DNA of 64,000 nt from an uncultured Bacteroidales bacterium (GCA_963825165.1 CAWGRY010000006.1:396220-460219), one strand, 5' to 3'. Shown: positions 25,838-36,008, counted from the first letter of the stretch. The notes: a model not told the origin generated them from the letters alone. Program-made: numbers and translations.

Positions 25838-28000
25838 TTATCTGATTTCGACTGTGCCATGCAGCAGAAGATCTGCTGACGAAGCTCCCACAGAGAGATT
25901 CACCTTTCCTTTTTCCAGCACGAAGGCGTGTTTTTCAATGTCCCAGTATTGAAGGTCTTCAGCTTTCAGCGGAAGGGTCACAGTAATCGTTTGGCCCTTC
26001 CTGACATTAACCCTTTTGAATCCCTTAAGGGCAATGGCAGGCCTCTCAACTTTCGATTCCGGGAAACTGACATAAAGCTGAACAACCTCGTCACTGTCGA
26101 AATCGCCTGTGTTTTCAATCCTGAGCGAGACATTGACTGTCTCGCCGGCACCGAGACTCTTTTTATCGGTCTTAAAGTCCGTATAACTGAACGTGGTATA
26201 TGTCAGGCCGTAGCCGAAGGGGAACAGCGGTTCGGCCTTGCTGTACTGGTAGGTACGGCCTTTGCGGATATCATACTCCAGGATTGGCAGCAGCTGGTCT
26301 ATCGACAAAGGCCACGTCTGCACCAGGCGACCGGCGGGGCTTACCTTGCCGAAGATCACATCGGCAAGCCCGTTGCCCAGTTCCTGGCTCGACTGCGATA
26401 TATGCAGAATTGCAGGGATATTATCTTCAGACCAGTTAACGGTATAGGGAAAACTTGAAACCAGTACCAGCACTGTTTTGGGATTTGCCGCATATACAAG
26501 CTTCACGAGGTCTTCCTGCTCCAGTGACAGAGCCTGCCGGTCAACTTCCTCGCGACCGTCGCTGGCTACATGATTCTGTCCCCACGGCAGTCCGTAACTG
26601 AGAGGGTGGTTGCCGACACAGACTATCGCCACATCGGCTTCACGCGCTGCGGTTACTGCCGAGTCCGCCTTGTTTGATGCCGCAAACAAAACCCTGACAT
26701 CTTTTCCCAGTGCATTCCTCACACCCTGCAGTACAGACACCCTGTAAGGAGGAGTACCTGAATACCAGTCGGAGATCACCATGTCTGCGACGGGGCCTAT
26801 AACGGCAATGGTTTTTATCTCTGTCTTCCGGAGCGGGAGCATCCTGTTTTCATTTTTCAGCAGGACCACAGATTTTGCGGTGGCTTCCCTTACCAGTTCC
26901 CTGGTCTCAGTTTTCATCCACGGGGCAACAGTATCGGCGATGCCGATTTTCAGGTACGGGTTTTGGGTTTCGGAAGGGTCATCAAGCAATCCCAGTTTAA
27001 GCATCACCCGCAAATTGCCCCGCACGGCGCGGTCTACCTGGCTTTCAGTTATCAGGCCGTCTTTTACAGCCGCTGTCAGCGGTTCCTTGAAATTATCAAG
27101 AAACATTGTGGTTCCTGCATCAAGGCATCCTTTGGCCGCCATTTTCAGGTCAGGATAGTACTTATGATTCGTTACAAGCTGACGGTATGCGCCGCCGTCA
27201 GTTGCAACGATACCGTTCTGACCCCATTCATTGACGGTTACATTCCTGATAACAGGGTGAACGGTACAGGGAATACCGTTGTATTTGTTATATGCGGTCA
27301 TGTATGCCCTTGATCCCCCTTCGGTCACCCCCTTATAGAACGGCCAGGAATAATATTCCCTGAAAAGACGCTCGTCGAAGTCAGAAGAGTTCTCTGCACG
27401 GTTGTTTTCATTGCTGTTGGCAAGGAAGTGCTTCATCAGGGAAGCTGTCTTCCAGTATTTCGGGTGGTCACCCTGCAAACCCTTTACAAAGGCAACAACC
27501 AGGCGTGAGGTCAGGAAGGCATCTTCTCCGTAACACTCTTCGGTACGGCCCCATCGCACATCACGACCCATGTCTGCATTTGGTGCAAGGACAACCAGTC
27601 CGGCGCTGGCATATCCCGGGTTCTGGGTCAGCCAGCGACACTCTTCGGCCTCCAGGGCTGCCACTTTTTCAAGCAGTTCCGGATCCCATGTCTGTGCAAG
27701 CCCGATCGCCTGCGGAAAAGTAGTTGTGACAGATTGACCCGGCCCCCGCACGGCCCAGTTCGCAGGTCCGCTCAGGGCAAGTCCGTGCAGGCCTTCGACT
27801 ATCCTTGTGCCTTTTATCCCCAGACGAGGTACTGATGGCCGGGTGGAGAGGCAGTTTATCTTTTCGTCAATGGTCATCAACGAAATGAGGTTGTCAAGCC
27901 GTTTTTCGTCGTCAAGCCTGCTGTCGCTGAAATCGTAAGTCTGTGCCGGCACAGCGACACTGATAATGCAAGTAATAAACAACAGGGCGAATTGCTTCAT
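25838..28000 (-). CDS. glycoside hydrolase family 3 (beta-glucosidase/beta-xylosidase type)
   Basis: 720 aa with a signal peptide. The sequence shows GH3 N- and C-terminal domains plus a C-terminal FN3-like domain (SDEVVQLYV...LKGFKRV). Confidence 0.85.
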   Translation of the reverse strand: MKQFALLFITCIISVAVPAQTYDFSDSRLDDEKRLDNLISLMTIDEKINCLSTRPSVPRLGIKGTRIVEGLHGLALSGPANWAVRGPGQSVTTTFPQAIGLAQTWDPELLEKVAALEAEECRWLTQNPGYASAGLVVLAPNADMGRDVRWGRTEECYGEDAFLTSRLVVAFVKGLQGDHPKYWKTASLMKHFLANSNENNRAENSSDFDERLFREYYSWPFYKGVTEGGSRAYMTAYNKYNGIPCTVHPVIRNVTVNEWGQNGIVATDGGAYRQLVTNHKYYPDLKMAAKGCLDAGTTMFLDNFKEPLTAAVKDGLITESQVDRAVRGNLRVMLKLGLLDDPSETQNPYLKIGIADTVAPWMKTETRELVREATAKSVVLLKNENRMLPLRKTEIKTIAVIGPVADMVISDWYSGTPPYRVSVLQGVRNALGKDVRVLFAASNKADSAVTAAREADVAIVCVGNHPLSYGLPWGQNHVASDGREEVDRQALSLEQEDLVKLVYAANPKTVLVLVSSFPYTVNWSEDNIPAILHISQSSQELGNGLADVIFGKVSPAGRLVQTWPLSIDQLLPILEYDIRKGRTYQYSKAEPLFPFGYGLTYTTFSYTDFKTDKKSLGAGETVNVSLRIENTGDFDSDEVVQLYVSFPESKVERPAIALKGFKRVNVRKGQTITVTLPLKAEDLQYWDIEKHAFVLEKGKVNLSVGASSADLLLHGTVEIR

Positions 28001-28091
28001 GTCAGGGATTTTACATCGATATGATCATTAACAGCGAAGTTAACGGATAATATTTTAATAATGGGGACAAACGGACACTACAGCAGAATCT

Positions 28092-29204
28092 CTAGGCTCT
28101 CTTGCGGTAGGCCCGGATCGCTAAGGTAATAAAGGCAACGGCCAGTATCGCCAGAGCGCCCATGTCACGCGCTATGTCATAAAAACCTGCTCCCTTCAGC
28201 ATTACCATGCGATTGATGCGTATCATGTATGCCACCGGGTTCACCAGGTTGAACTGCTGTGCCCACCGCGGCATGCTCTCGCTCGGCGTGAATATGCCGC
28301 TCATAAGAACGAAGACCATCGTAAAGAAGAATGCCACAAAGAGATATTGCTGACGGTTTGATGCCAGCGTCGAGAAGAAGAGAGCCAGTCCGAGCACCGC
28401 CACCAGGAATATTGCGGAGCAGGCGAAGAAGAGAAGCAAGCTCCCTTCAAAGGGAATATTGAAGGCGATCCACCCTACCGACAATCCCAGCGCCAGGTCG
28501 AAAAGTCCCAGAATAAAGAAAGGTATTACCTTGGAAGCTATCAGCTCCCACCTTTTTATTGGCGTCACATTTATCTGCTCCAAAGTGCCTGTCTCCATCT
28601 CTTTCACCAGGTTAAGTCCCGACAGCATTAAACCGATAGCTATGATCAGTATTACCAGTATGCCGGGGAGCATATAATACTTGTAATTAAGGGTAGGGTT
28701 ATACCAGTAGCGTGGTGAGGTGCTGATACCCGCTATTGCTGCAGACGTCATGCCCTGATTTATCAGGATGTCGCGATTAAAATCAAGGACAATGGAAGTA
28801 AGGTAGCTCCAGCCAAGCATTGCGTTTGTGGCATTGACGGCGTCGGCCAGGACCTGCAGGCGGGGTATGGTGACACCCGCCAGTCCCTCCGAGAAGTCGT
28901 TTGGAATGATCAGGACGATATCCGCATCACCTGAGTATAGCAGTCTCTCAGCCTGAATGTAATCGGCGGGTGTGGAGGTTACAGTGAAGAATGATGATCC
29001 GCTTAGCCTGGCAACGAGTTCGCGTGAGGCAGGGCTGCGATCACTGTCCATCACTGCCAGGTTCAGACTTTTTATCTGAAACGTGACTGCAGGGACAAGA
29101 AGGAGCATCTGGAGCAGCGGGACCATAATTATGGCTCTGAGCATGAAAGGATTCCGGACTATCTGCCGGAATTCTTTTTTCAGGAGGAACCAGAGCCTTC
29201 TCAT
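28092..29204 (-). CDS. ABC-2 type transporter permease (YbhR/YbhS-like)
   Basis: 370 aa with an N-terminal TM helix, a large extracytoplasmic loop and five C-terminal TM helices. It has an ATGA overlap with the upstream gene. Confidence 0.85.
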   Translation of the reverse strand: MRRLWFLLKKEFRQIVRNPFMLRAIIMVPLLQMLLLVPAVTFQIKSLNLAVMDSDRSPASRELVARLSGSSFFTVTSTPADYIQAERLLYSGDADIVLIIPNDFSEGLAGVTIPRLQVLADAVNATNAMLGWSYLTSIVLDFNRDILINQGMTSAAIAGISTSPRYWYNPTLNYKYYMLPGILVILIIAIGLMLSGLNLVKEMETGTLEQINVTPIKRWELIASKVIPFFILGLFDLALGLSVGWIAFNIPFEGSLLLFFACSAIFLVAVLGLALFFSTLASNRQQYLFVAFFFTMVFVLMSGIFTPSESMPRWAQQFNLVNPVAYMIRINRMVMLKGAGFYDIARDMGALAILAVAFITLAIRAYRKRA

Positions 29205-30322
29205 TTTGAGCCCTCCTCAAGTCTTACCTTAAACTTCCTGGCGCTGAGTATAATAAAGAAAAGTGTCATCACAGCCAGTATCAGTGTCTCTTTCCAGACA
29301 TAGGCGAATCCGGCTCCCTTTATCATTACAGAACGTATTATTTCGACGAACCATCTCGCGGGCAGTATCATGCTGAAATAATCATAGCCCTTTGGCATAT
29401 TCTCTATTGGAAAGATAAAGCCTGACAGAAGAAGAGTGGGCAGCATAAGCCCGATGAATGAAACAATTATGGCGTTCTCCATTTTATTGACGAGCGTGGA
29501 AACGAGTATTCCCAGGGACAGTGCCATCAATATATAAAGCATGCATTCGGCTATCAGCAGGGCTATGCTGCCTCTTACCGGCAGGCCGAAGACAAACCAC
29601 GCCATCAGAAGGATGACTATTACGTTTATAAGAGACAGGAAGAAGTAGGGTGACACCTTGCCTATTATTATCTGCCACGGTTTCAACGGAGACACCAGCA
29701 GCACCTCCATGGTGCCGAATTCCTTTTCACGCACAATGGTGACTGAGGTCATCAGAGCGCATACTAAAATAAGTATCAGTGTGATGACACCCGGAACAAA
29801 CATGAAATGACTCTTCAGGTTGGGATTGAAGTACATCCTCACCTCCGGGTTGATGACAGGTATCGAGGTGGTGAGCCGCTGACGCAGTGAGGCAGAGTAG
29901 TCATTCAGAATGGCGGTGGTGTAGCCTGTCACAAGACTGGCCGTGTTCGGTTCGGAGCCATCAGAGATTATGCTTACGGTGGCATTGCCCTCCCGTTGCA
30001 GTCTGGCAGCCAGATCTTCCGGGAAGATTACAACTTCTTTAATATTCCCCTTTCTGAAGACAGCATCGATCTCATCATATGATGTGAGGTAATCTTTGAC
30101 AGTGAAGAATTCCGAGGCCTCCAGTTTAAGGGCCAGATCAGATGATACTTCGTCACGGGCGTTGTCGAGTATTGCGATCGCGGCATTGGTGATGTCAGTG
30201 CGCACCGCATAGCCGAAGATGAGGATCTGTGCTGCCGGCAAAGCAAAGAGTATGATAAGCGTCCGGTAGTCGCGGAAGATATGAAGGAACTCCTTCTTCA
30301 CGAAAGCCATGAACCTCTTCAT
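29201..30322 (-). CDS. ABC-2 type transporter permease (YbhS/YbhR-like)
   Basis: 373 aa and paralogous to 28092..29204. It has an ATGA overlap with the ATPase gene. Confidence 0.85.
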   Translation of the reverse strand: MKRFMAFVKKEFLHIFRDYRTLIILFALPAAQILIFGYAVRTDITNAAIAILDNARDEVSSDLALKLEASEFFTVKDYLTSYDEIDAVFRKGNIKEVVIFPEDLAARLQREGNATVSIISDGSEPNTASLVTGYTTAILNDYSASLRQRLTTSIPVINPEVRMYFNPNLKSHFMFVPGVITLILILVCALMTSVTIVREKEFGTMEVLLVSPLKPWQIIIGKVSPYFFLSLINVIVILLMAWFVFGLPVRGSIALLIAECMLYILMALSLGILVSTLVNKMENAIIVSFIGLMLPTLLLSGFIFPIENMPKGYDYFSMILPARWFVEIIRSVMIKGAGFAYVWKETLILAVMTLFFIILSARKFKVRLEEGSK

Positions 30323-31059
30323 GCTGTTTCTGTTTTTGGCCGTGCAATTTTGACGAACAGCTCTTCTATCGAGGAAGAACCGTATTTCTCACGCAGGGCG
30401 GTGGGTGTATCAAGGGCAACTATCCTGCCTTCACTCATTATAGTCACCCTGTCGCAGTATTCGGCTTCGTCCATATAATGTGTCGTAACGAAGATTGTTA
30501 TACCGCGTGCTGCCGTCTCGTATATCATCTCCCAGAACTGCCTTCGGGTGATTGGGTCAACACCGCTTGTAGGCTCATCGAGGAAGACGATCTCAGGGTC
30601 ATGGAACACTGCCACTGCGAAGGCGAGTTTCTGTTTTATGCCCGGTGGCAGAGAACCGATCAGAGCGTTACCGTACTGACTGAACATGAGCCTGTTGAGA
30701 AGTTCTTCCGTACGCGGGCGGATCACTTTCATGGTCATGCCGTATATGCCCCCGTAGAGCTCAATATTTTCTTTTACTGTCAGGTCATCATAGAGCGAGA
30801 AGCGCTGTGACATATAGCCAATTCGTTTTTTGATTTCCTCCGGGCGGTTTGCATCTATGCCGGCAACAATTACTTTGCCTGATGTTGGCCGCGAGAGGCC
30901 GCAGAGAATTCGTATGGCGGTGGTTTTACCCGCACCGTTGGCTCCCAGGAAGCCGAAGATCTCACCTCTGAAGACATCGAATGTAAGGTGGTCGTTGGCA
31001 ACGAATGATCCGAATTTCTTCACCAGTCCTTCAACCTCTATCACTTTCTCACGTTCCAT
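30319..31059 (-). CDS. ABC transporter ATP-binding protein
   Basis: Walker A is GANGAGKTT, the signature-like motif is LPPGIKQKLA and Walker B is IVFLDEPTSGVD. Confidence 0.9.
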   Translation of the reverse strand: MEREKVIEVEGLVKKFGSFVANDHLTFDVFRGEIFGFLGANGAGKTTAIRILCGLSRPTSGKVIVAGIDANRPEEIKKRIGYMSQRFSLYDDLTVKENIELYGGIYGMTMKVIRPRTEELLNRLMFSQYGNALIGSLPPGIKQKLAFAVAVFHDPEIVFLDEPTSGVDPITRRQFWEMIYETAARGITIFVTTHYMDEAEYCDRVTIMSEGRIVALDTPTALREKYGSSSIEELFVKIARPKTETA

Positions 31060-32027
31060 TACTGTGTTTTTTTCATGAGTTCAAGGAAGACGTCTTCGAT
31101 GCCCGGGATTATTTCTGTGATGGCAGCACCGGGCAGACCTGAAGCTGCAAGCGCGGTTATCACCTGCTCAGGCGTAATACCTTCCGGGAGCGTGACGTGG
31201 ACGGAGTCACCGAATGGCTCAGGGCTCAGGTTAAGGGGCTCAGGGTAAGGGGCCTGTCGATGAACAAAGTGAGGAAATCCCGCCAAGCTGGAGGGCATGG
31301 AGCGAAGGGCAAGGAGAAGTTTGTACTTGTCATGGTGGCTGACTGCATATAATTTCTGACCGTATGAGCGGCGGATGCTGTCAGGGGTGTCAATACCGAG
31401 GATCCTTCCGGACTGGATCAGGGCGATACGGTCACAACGCAGTGCTTCATCCATGTATGGTGTTGAGACAATAATGGTGATGCCCTCGCTCTTCAGTCCT
31501 GCCAGCATCTCCCAGAACTCCGTGCGCGATACTGCGTCGACGCCGGTGGTGGGTTCATCGAGTATCAGGATCTTTGGCCTGTGGATAAGCGCGCATGACA
31601 ACGCCAGCTTCTGTTTCATGCCGCCGGAGAGCTTTCCTGCAAGGCGCTTTTTATACGGTTCTATATGTCTGTAGATGGGCTCGATAAGATTATAGTTCTC
31701 CTTTAAAGTCGTTCCGAAGATGGTGGCAAAGAAGTTCAGGTTCTCTTCCACGGTGAGGTCCTGGTAAAGACTGAACCTGCCGGGCATATACCCGATGATG
31801 TTGCGGAGCTCCCTGTACCTGCTGACCGTGTTGAGACCGAAGAGGGTCATCCTGCCGCCGGAGGGTATGATAAGAGTGGCGGCAATGCGAAAGAGGGTTG
31901 TTTTGCCAGCGCCGTCCGGACCGATGAAGCCGAACAGCTCACCGTCGCCGACGGTGAAGGAGACATCGTCAAGGGCTGTGACCCTGCCGTACCTGTGGGT
32001 AATATTAAATGCCTCTGCCGCTGCCAT
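31059..32027 (-). CDS. ABC transporter ATP-binding protein with a C-terminal extension
   Basis: Walker A is GPDGAGKTT, the signature motif is LSGGMKQKLA and Walker B is ILILDEPTTGVD. Confidence 0.9.
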   Translation of the reverse strand: MAAAEAFNITHRYGRVTALDDVSFTVGDGELFGFIGPDGAGKTTLFRIAATLIIPSGGRMTLFGLNTVSRYRELRNIIGYMPGRFSLYQDLTVEENLNFFATIFGTTLKENYNLIEPIYRHIEPYKKRLAGKLSGGMKQKLALSCALIHRPKILILDEPTTGVDAVSRTEFWEMLAGLKSEGITIIVSTPYMDEALRCDRIALIQSGRILGIDTPDSIRRSYGQKLYAVSHHDKYKLLLALRSMPSSLAGFPHFVHRQAPYPEPLNLSPEPFGDSVHVTLPEGITPEQVITALAASGLPGAAITEIIPGIEDVFLELMKKTQ

Positions 32028-32028
32028 C

Positions 32029-32910
32029 TTACTGAAAGAGAGCCTCGCCGGGCATACCGGATTTTATTGAACCGTCGTTGGGAACCTCAATGGTGACCGC
32101 ATATACGAGTGTCACACGTTCTTCCTTTGTCTGGATAATCTTAGGAGTGAACTCAGCCTTCTCCGAGACATGGGTAATTGTGCCGGTGTAGTTTTTGAAA
32201 CCTTTCGCGCCGTCGTCGATACGGGCGGTACATGTGGCGCCGACCTTCACTTCTGCGAGCTGTGCCCCGCTGACCCACACTTTCAGCTTCATGGTCTTCA
32301 TGTCGGCCAGTTTCACAAGGGGTTTTCCGGCGGCGGTGATCTCGTATGCAGAGGCATATTTATCAATGACGGTAGCATCAAAGGGTGCGCGTATGGTGCT
32401 GCGTGCAATCTGCTCGTTGAGGAGTGCGCGTTTGGCGTTCACACCCTGGAGTTCTGCTGTCACTGTACGGCGCTGTGTGTTGTTGGCGTCGGACTGTTTT
32501 TTGAGCACATCCATCTGTCCTGTCAGGTCATCGAGCTGTTTCTGCGTGGCGGCGCCGTCAGCGAGCATGCGGCGCGTACGCTCTATATTGATGTTAATGT
32601 TATCGCCCTGCTGGCGTATCACGGCGTCCTGCGCCGCAATGCCCGCCAGGCGCGCCTGCGCCTGCGCCGTCACCGCGTCAAGCTCTGCACGCTGAAGCAC
32701 CAGCATCGTGGTGTCGGTGACGGCGATGACGGCCCCGCCCGCAAGTTCACTGCCTTCGGTTACGTTCATCATGACGATCCTGCCGGATGATTCGGCAGAA
32801 ATGATAACCTCTTCCGCCTCGAAGGTGCCCCACGCATCAGCATCACTCTCCCCGCGGCCGCAACCGCAGGCAAGAAGCAGAAAAACGACTGGTATGAGAT
32901 ACTTCTTCAT
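32029..32910 (-). CDS. HlyD-family membrane fusion protein (YbhG-like)
   Basis: The ATG at 32910 gives MKKYLIPVVFLLLACGCG. The protein has coiled-coil and beta-barrel regions. Confidence 0.85.
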   Translation of the reverse strand: MKKYLIPVVFLLLACGCGRGESDADAWGTFEAEEVIISAESSGRIVMMNVTEGSELAGGAVIAVTDTTMLVLQRAELDAVTAQAQARLAGIAAQDAVIRQQGDNININIERTRRMLADGAATQKQLDDLTGQMDVLKKQSDANNTQRRTVTAELQGVNAKRALLNEQIARSTIRAPFDATVIDKYASAYEITAAGKPLVKLADMKTMKLKVWVSGAQLAEVKVGATCTARIDDGAKGFKNYTGTITHVSEKAEFTPKIIQTKEERVTLVYAVTIEVPNDGSIKSGMPGEALFQ

Positions 32911-32917
32911 GTTGATC

Positions 32918-34201
32918 TTATTTATTGTTACCTGTAATAAAAATATAGTCCGCTTCAGCACGTGCGATGCTTATCTGCCTTATTGCCGCACTGATGACCG
33001 CCTGCTTCTCATTGTTGAGCTCAGTAAGATACTGTGAGGCAGTGATAGTGCCGTTTTCAAGCTGCGAGGCTGCAACACCGGCTATTTTCTTCCGTATATT
33101 GATCAGCTCGGCATCCTGCTCAGCAGCCTCACGCAGTGCGGTTATCTCCGCCATCCTGATGATAAGCAGCCGCTGAAGAGCCTCCTCGGTCGTGCTGCGC
33201 CTTATATCAATAAGCTGTTGCTGTATAGAGAGCGATTTGCGCTCATTGCTGTTCTTATTCCAGTCGAAGATATTCCATTTGAATCCTGCCCCGATTGAAT
33301 AATAGAAATCCGCCGTTTCGGAGAAGAAATTACTTCCCGGGGGATTTCCATAGGCGGCCTGCGCAAAACCGAAAGCTCTGGGCATCCGCTGGCTTTTCAG
33401 AAGGTCCTTTGACAACTCCAGCTGACGTCCGCGTACTTCAAAGAGACGCATATCAGGATTGTCAATTATTTCGTCTCCGGTGATGGTGATCTCCGGCAGC
33501 TGGAACGAGGCTTCCTGCAGCCCTGTCATTCCCGTAATCTGTTCCAGGGCACTGATCAGCGACTGGTTGCGGCGGGTTAGTTCGGTGAGCTGTTGTCCTG
33601 CTTTTATTTTCTCTGCGATAAGTACATCAAGGGTCACAGGGGTAACGACACCGTTTGTGACACCTGAGGAGGCTTCTTTGATCCTGCCTTCGAGATCCGA
33701 GATCAGAAACCTGGTCACTTCCATCTGGCTCGAAACGAGCAGTATGGAGAAGTAATAGTTGTTAACCTGTTCGCGCAGCCGGTAGACATCGGCCTCATTC
33801 TGCCGCATATTAAGTTCATTCACAACCTGTTCCACGGCCCTGGCACTGCGTGTCACACCGCCGTCCCAGATAACCTGGTTGACATCGAAGGTAGCCCGGT
33901 ATTGTTCATTTGGTATTGATGGAATCACTCCGGGTGGTACCGGCAGCTGACCGTATATCTGTGCGATATCGAGGATATCTGAGTTATAGACGAAGTTACC
34001 GTTCAGGTCAAGGGTTGGCAGGTAAGCGGCCGACAGGTTCTTATCCCGCAGTGCAGAGACCTCTGAATAAAGGGCTCCCTCACCCGACAAGGGAGTGGCG
34101 ACAGCAGCCGAGTCATAACACTGCCACAGGGTCACTGTCTTTTGCGAAAATGCAGCGTGAGACAGGGAAAGCAGCATTGCTGCAACGATTAACTTATTCA
34201 T
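32918..34201 (-). CDS. TolC-family outer membrane efflux protein
   Basis: 427 aa with signal peptide MNKLIVAAMLLSLSHAAFSQ and a two-repeat alpha/beta pattern. It has an ATGA overlap with the TetR gene. Confidence 0.85.
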   Translation of the reverse strand: MNKLIVAAMLLSLSHAAFSQKTVTLWQCYDSAAVATPLSGEGALYSEVSALRDKNLSAAYLPTLDLNGNFVYNSDILDIAQIYGQLPVPPGVIPSIPNEQYRATFDVNQVIWDGGVTRSARAVEQVVNELNMRQNEADVYRLREQVNNYYFSILLVSSQMEVTRFLISDLEGRIKEASSGVTNGVVTPVTLDVLIAEKIKAGQQLTELTRRNQSLISALEQITGMTGLQEASFQLPEITITGDEIIDNPDMRLFEVRGRQLELSKDLLKSQRMPRAFGFAQAAYGNPPGSNFFSETADFYYSIGAGFKWNIFDWNKNSNERKSLSIQQQLIDIRRSTTEEALQRLLIIRMAEITALREAAEQDAELINIRKKIAGVAASQLENGTITASQYLTELNNEKQAVISAAIRQISIARAEADYIFITGNNK

Positions 34202-34833
34202 TTCTTACGGTTCTTTAAAGCAGTAATGACAAAATCAGCTGCAAACTCCTTCCTGTCGCGCATAAATGCAATGAACTTTTTATTGTCGCCCACTTCCGGA
34301 ATCATCATTTTGATTACATCACGTGCGGCAAAGGGGAAAACAGAAAGTGAAACAACAGTCATCATAAGCTGTGGCATGTCGTCTTTTTTTATTCCGAAAC
34401 CCTTCAGCTCCTTTGCATGTTTCTGGAAGACGACACTTCGCAGCTGGTCATAAGGGAGTGTATCGCGGATACTCTGCACGAGATCCGGATTATGGGATAT
34501 CTCGTTAAGCAGAAATATAGGCAGCCTGGGGTTTTTAATAAGGATCTCAATGTGTTCATCGAAGAACTTCCTTATTTTATCCTTGAATGAAATATCTTCC
34601 ATGAAGATGGCAATGATTTTCCCGAACATCTTCCTGAGCAGCACCTGGAACACCGCTCCGAAGAGCTGGTCTTTCGTCCTGAAATAATAATGCAGCAGCG
34701 CTTTGTTTATTCCTGCACGGTCTGCAATCTCCTGCATCCTGGCCCCGTCATACCCTTTTTCTTCAAATATATCTGAGGCGGCCTTGAAAATCCTGTCACG
34801 GGTCTGATTGTCAGATTCCTTTGTTTTGACCAT
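34198..34833 (-). CDS. TetR/AcrR-family transcriptional regulator
   Basis: RDRIFKAASDIFEEKGYDGARMQEIADRAGINKALLHYYFRTKDQLF is the TetR HTH signature. Confidence 0.9.
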   Translation of the reverse strand: MVKTKESDNQTRDRIFKAASDIFEEKGYDGARMQEIADRAGINKALLHYYFRTKDQLFGAVFQVLLRKMFGKIIAIFMEDISFKDKIRKFFDEHIEILIKNPRLPIFLLNEISHNPDLVQSIRDTLPYDQLRSVVFQKHAKELKGFGIKKDDMPQLMMTVVSLSVFPFAARDVIKMMIPEVGDNKKFIAFMRDRKEFAADFVITALKNRKK

Positions 34834-34836
34834 AAG

Positions 34837-34880
34837 GTTTAACTATTAAGTTTAACTGAATAATTTAACCAATTGATCAA
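34837..34880. promoter_or_regulatory. three direct (G)TTTAAC(T/C) repeats at 13-nt spacing plus a TTGATCAA palindrome, immediately upstream of the TetR start codon
   Basis: gtttaact at 34837 and 34850, atttaacc at 34863 and ttgatcaa at 34873-34880. The function is inferred only. Confidence 0.3.
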
Positions 34881-34947
34881 AGATATATCAGGTTTATTGA
34901 ATTGTCAAGAGGCGAGGTATATTTTTTTGGCCAATGTGAAAATGGTC

Positions 34948-35037
34948 AAAGGGTTGGTTGAAAGGTTGAAAGGTTGAAAAGCTGAAATGTTGAAGTCGGA
35001 ATGTGGCTTGAAAGGGTGAAAGGATTGAAGGGTTGAG
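34948..35037. repeat. degenerate octanucleotide tandem repeat GGTTGAAA (3 good plus about 7 degenerate copies)
   Basis: ggttgaaa ggttgaaa ggttgaaaa gctgaaat gttgaagt ... gggtgaaa ggattgaa gggttgag. It lies in the intergenic region between the exporter operon and the MBL gene. Confidence 0.8.
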
Positions 35038-35146
35038 GCTGTCACCCCGGAATACCTCCGGGATCCAGTGTCCTGACAGGCTGCGCTCCATCTGAAAGTC
35101 AAAAAACTTCGCATTCCTCAAAATGGATGAAAATTCTTAAATTGGC

Positions 35147-35908
35147 ATGATTAATCTGAATATTATGAAAAAGTTCTTCCGGAAGCTTCTATGGGTGCTG
35201 GGTGGGGTTGTAGCCTTCATTCTTGTCTTTATGATCTCTTACCTCATAATCGCAAAGTCGGCGATGAAGAAAATGATGCCTGTTGAAACAAGGCAGGTGA
35301 CTGACGATGTTTATGCAGTAAGGAACAAATATGTAAATATGTACCTGGTCAAGGATGGCGGGCATTTCATTGCCATTGACGCAGGCACCAGGAAAGGTGC
35401 CGTAAAGGACGAGCTCAAGAAGCTTGACATTGATCCCGACAAGGTCAGTGCAGTCCTGCTGACACACTCCGACACCGACCATGCAGGTGGCATCAGCCTG
35501 TTCGAAAAAGCTGTGATCTACCTGCCCGGGGATGAAGAGCAGGTCATAAACGGAGAAACCGGGAGATTCCTGTGGTTCGGCAACAAAATTGATATAGAAA
35601 ACTACAAATTACTGAAAGACAAATCTTTCAGGATAGGTGACTTAAAGATACGGATGATACCCACGCCGGGTCACACGGCTGGCTCTGCCTGTTACATAAT
35701 CAACGACAAATATCTTTTTACAGGTGATGCTCTGGCACTCGACAACGGTACCATTGTACCCTTTCCGAAAATAATCAACAAGAGCTCCCGGAAAGCAAGG
35801 AAGTCAATGGATAACCTGACCGGACTGGATGACGTGCAATACATCTTTACCGCCCATTATGGCTACACCGATAACTACAAAGCCGCAACAAGCACCATAA
35901 ACAAGTAG
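35147..35908 (+). CDS. membrane-anchored MBL-fold metallo-hydrolase
   Basis: It has an N-terminal TM helix. LLTHSDTDHAGG is the H-x-[HD]-x-D-H motif. An alternative start is at 35165 (MKKFFRKL). Confidence 0.8.
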   Translation: MINLNIMKKFFRKLLWVLGGVVAFILVFMISYLIIAKSAMKKMMPVETRQVTDDVYAVRNKYVNMYLVKDGGHFIAIDAGTRKGAVKDELKKLDIDPDKVSAVLLTHSDTDHAGGISLFEKAVIYLPGDEEQVINGETGRFLWFGNKIDIENYKLLKDKSFRIGDLKIRMIPTPGHTAGSACYIINDKYLFTGDALALDNGTIVPFPKIINKSSRKARKSMDNLTGLDDVQYIFTAHYGYTDNYKAATSTINK

Positions 35909-35968
35909 TCACATAAATAAATTTTTAAAAAACATAAAATAAATTTGGAAGTTAATGTTATTTATATC

Positions 35969-35976
35969 TAACTTTG
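35969..35976 (+). promoter_or_regulatory. candidate Bacteroidota -7 promoter box (TAACTTTG, consensus TAnnTTTG)
   Basis: An exact consensus match 33 nt upstream of the 36009 ATG, in an AT-rich leader. Confidence 0.35.
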
Positions 35977-36008
35977 TGTTAGAAATATGTAACTAATACT
36001 CTAAAGTT

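Noticed and set aside
32170-32790. 206-aa and 166-aa ORFs antisense to the HlyD-family gene
   Set aside because: They lie opposite an Ala/Gln/Arg-rich coiled-coil coding region. Such regions commonly leave the antisense frames open, and no motifs are present.
34894-35121. Two overlapping ~70-aa minus-strand ORFs in the TetR/MBL intergenic region
   Set aside because: Their sequences (FQPFNQPF..., FNISAFQPFNLSTNPL) are direct read-outs of the GGTTGAAA octamer array.
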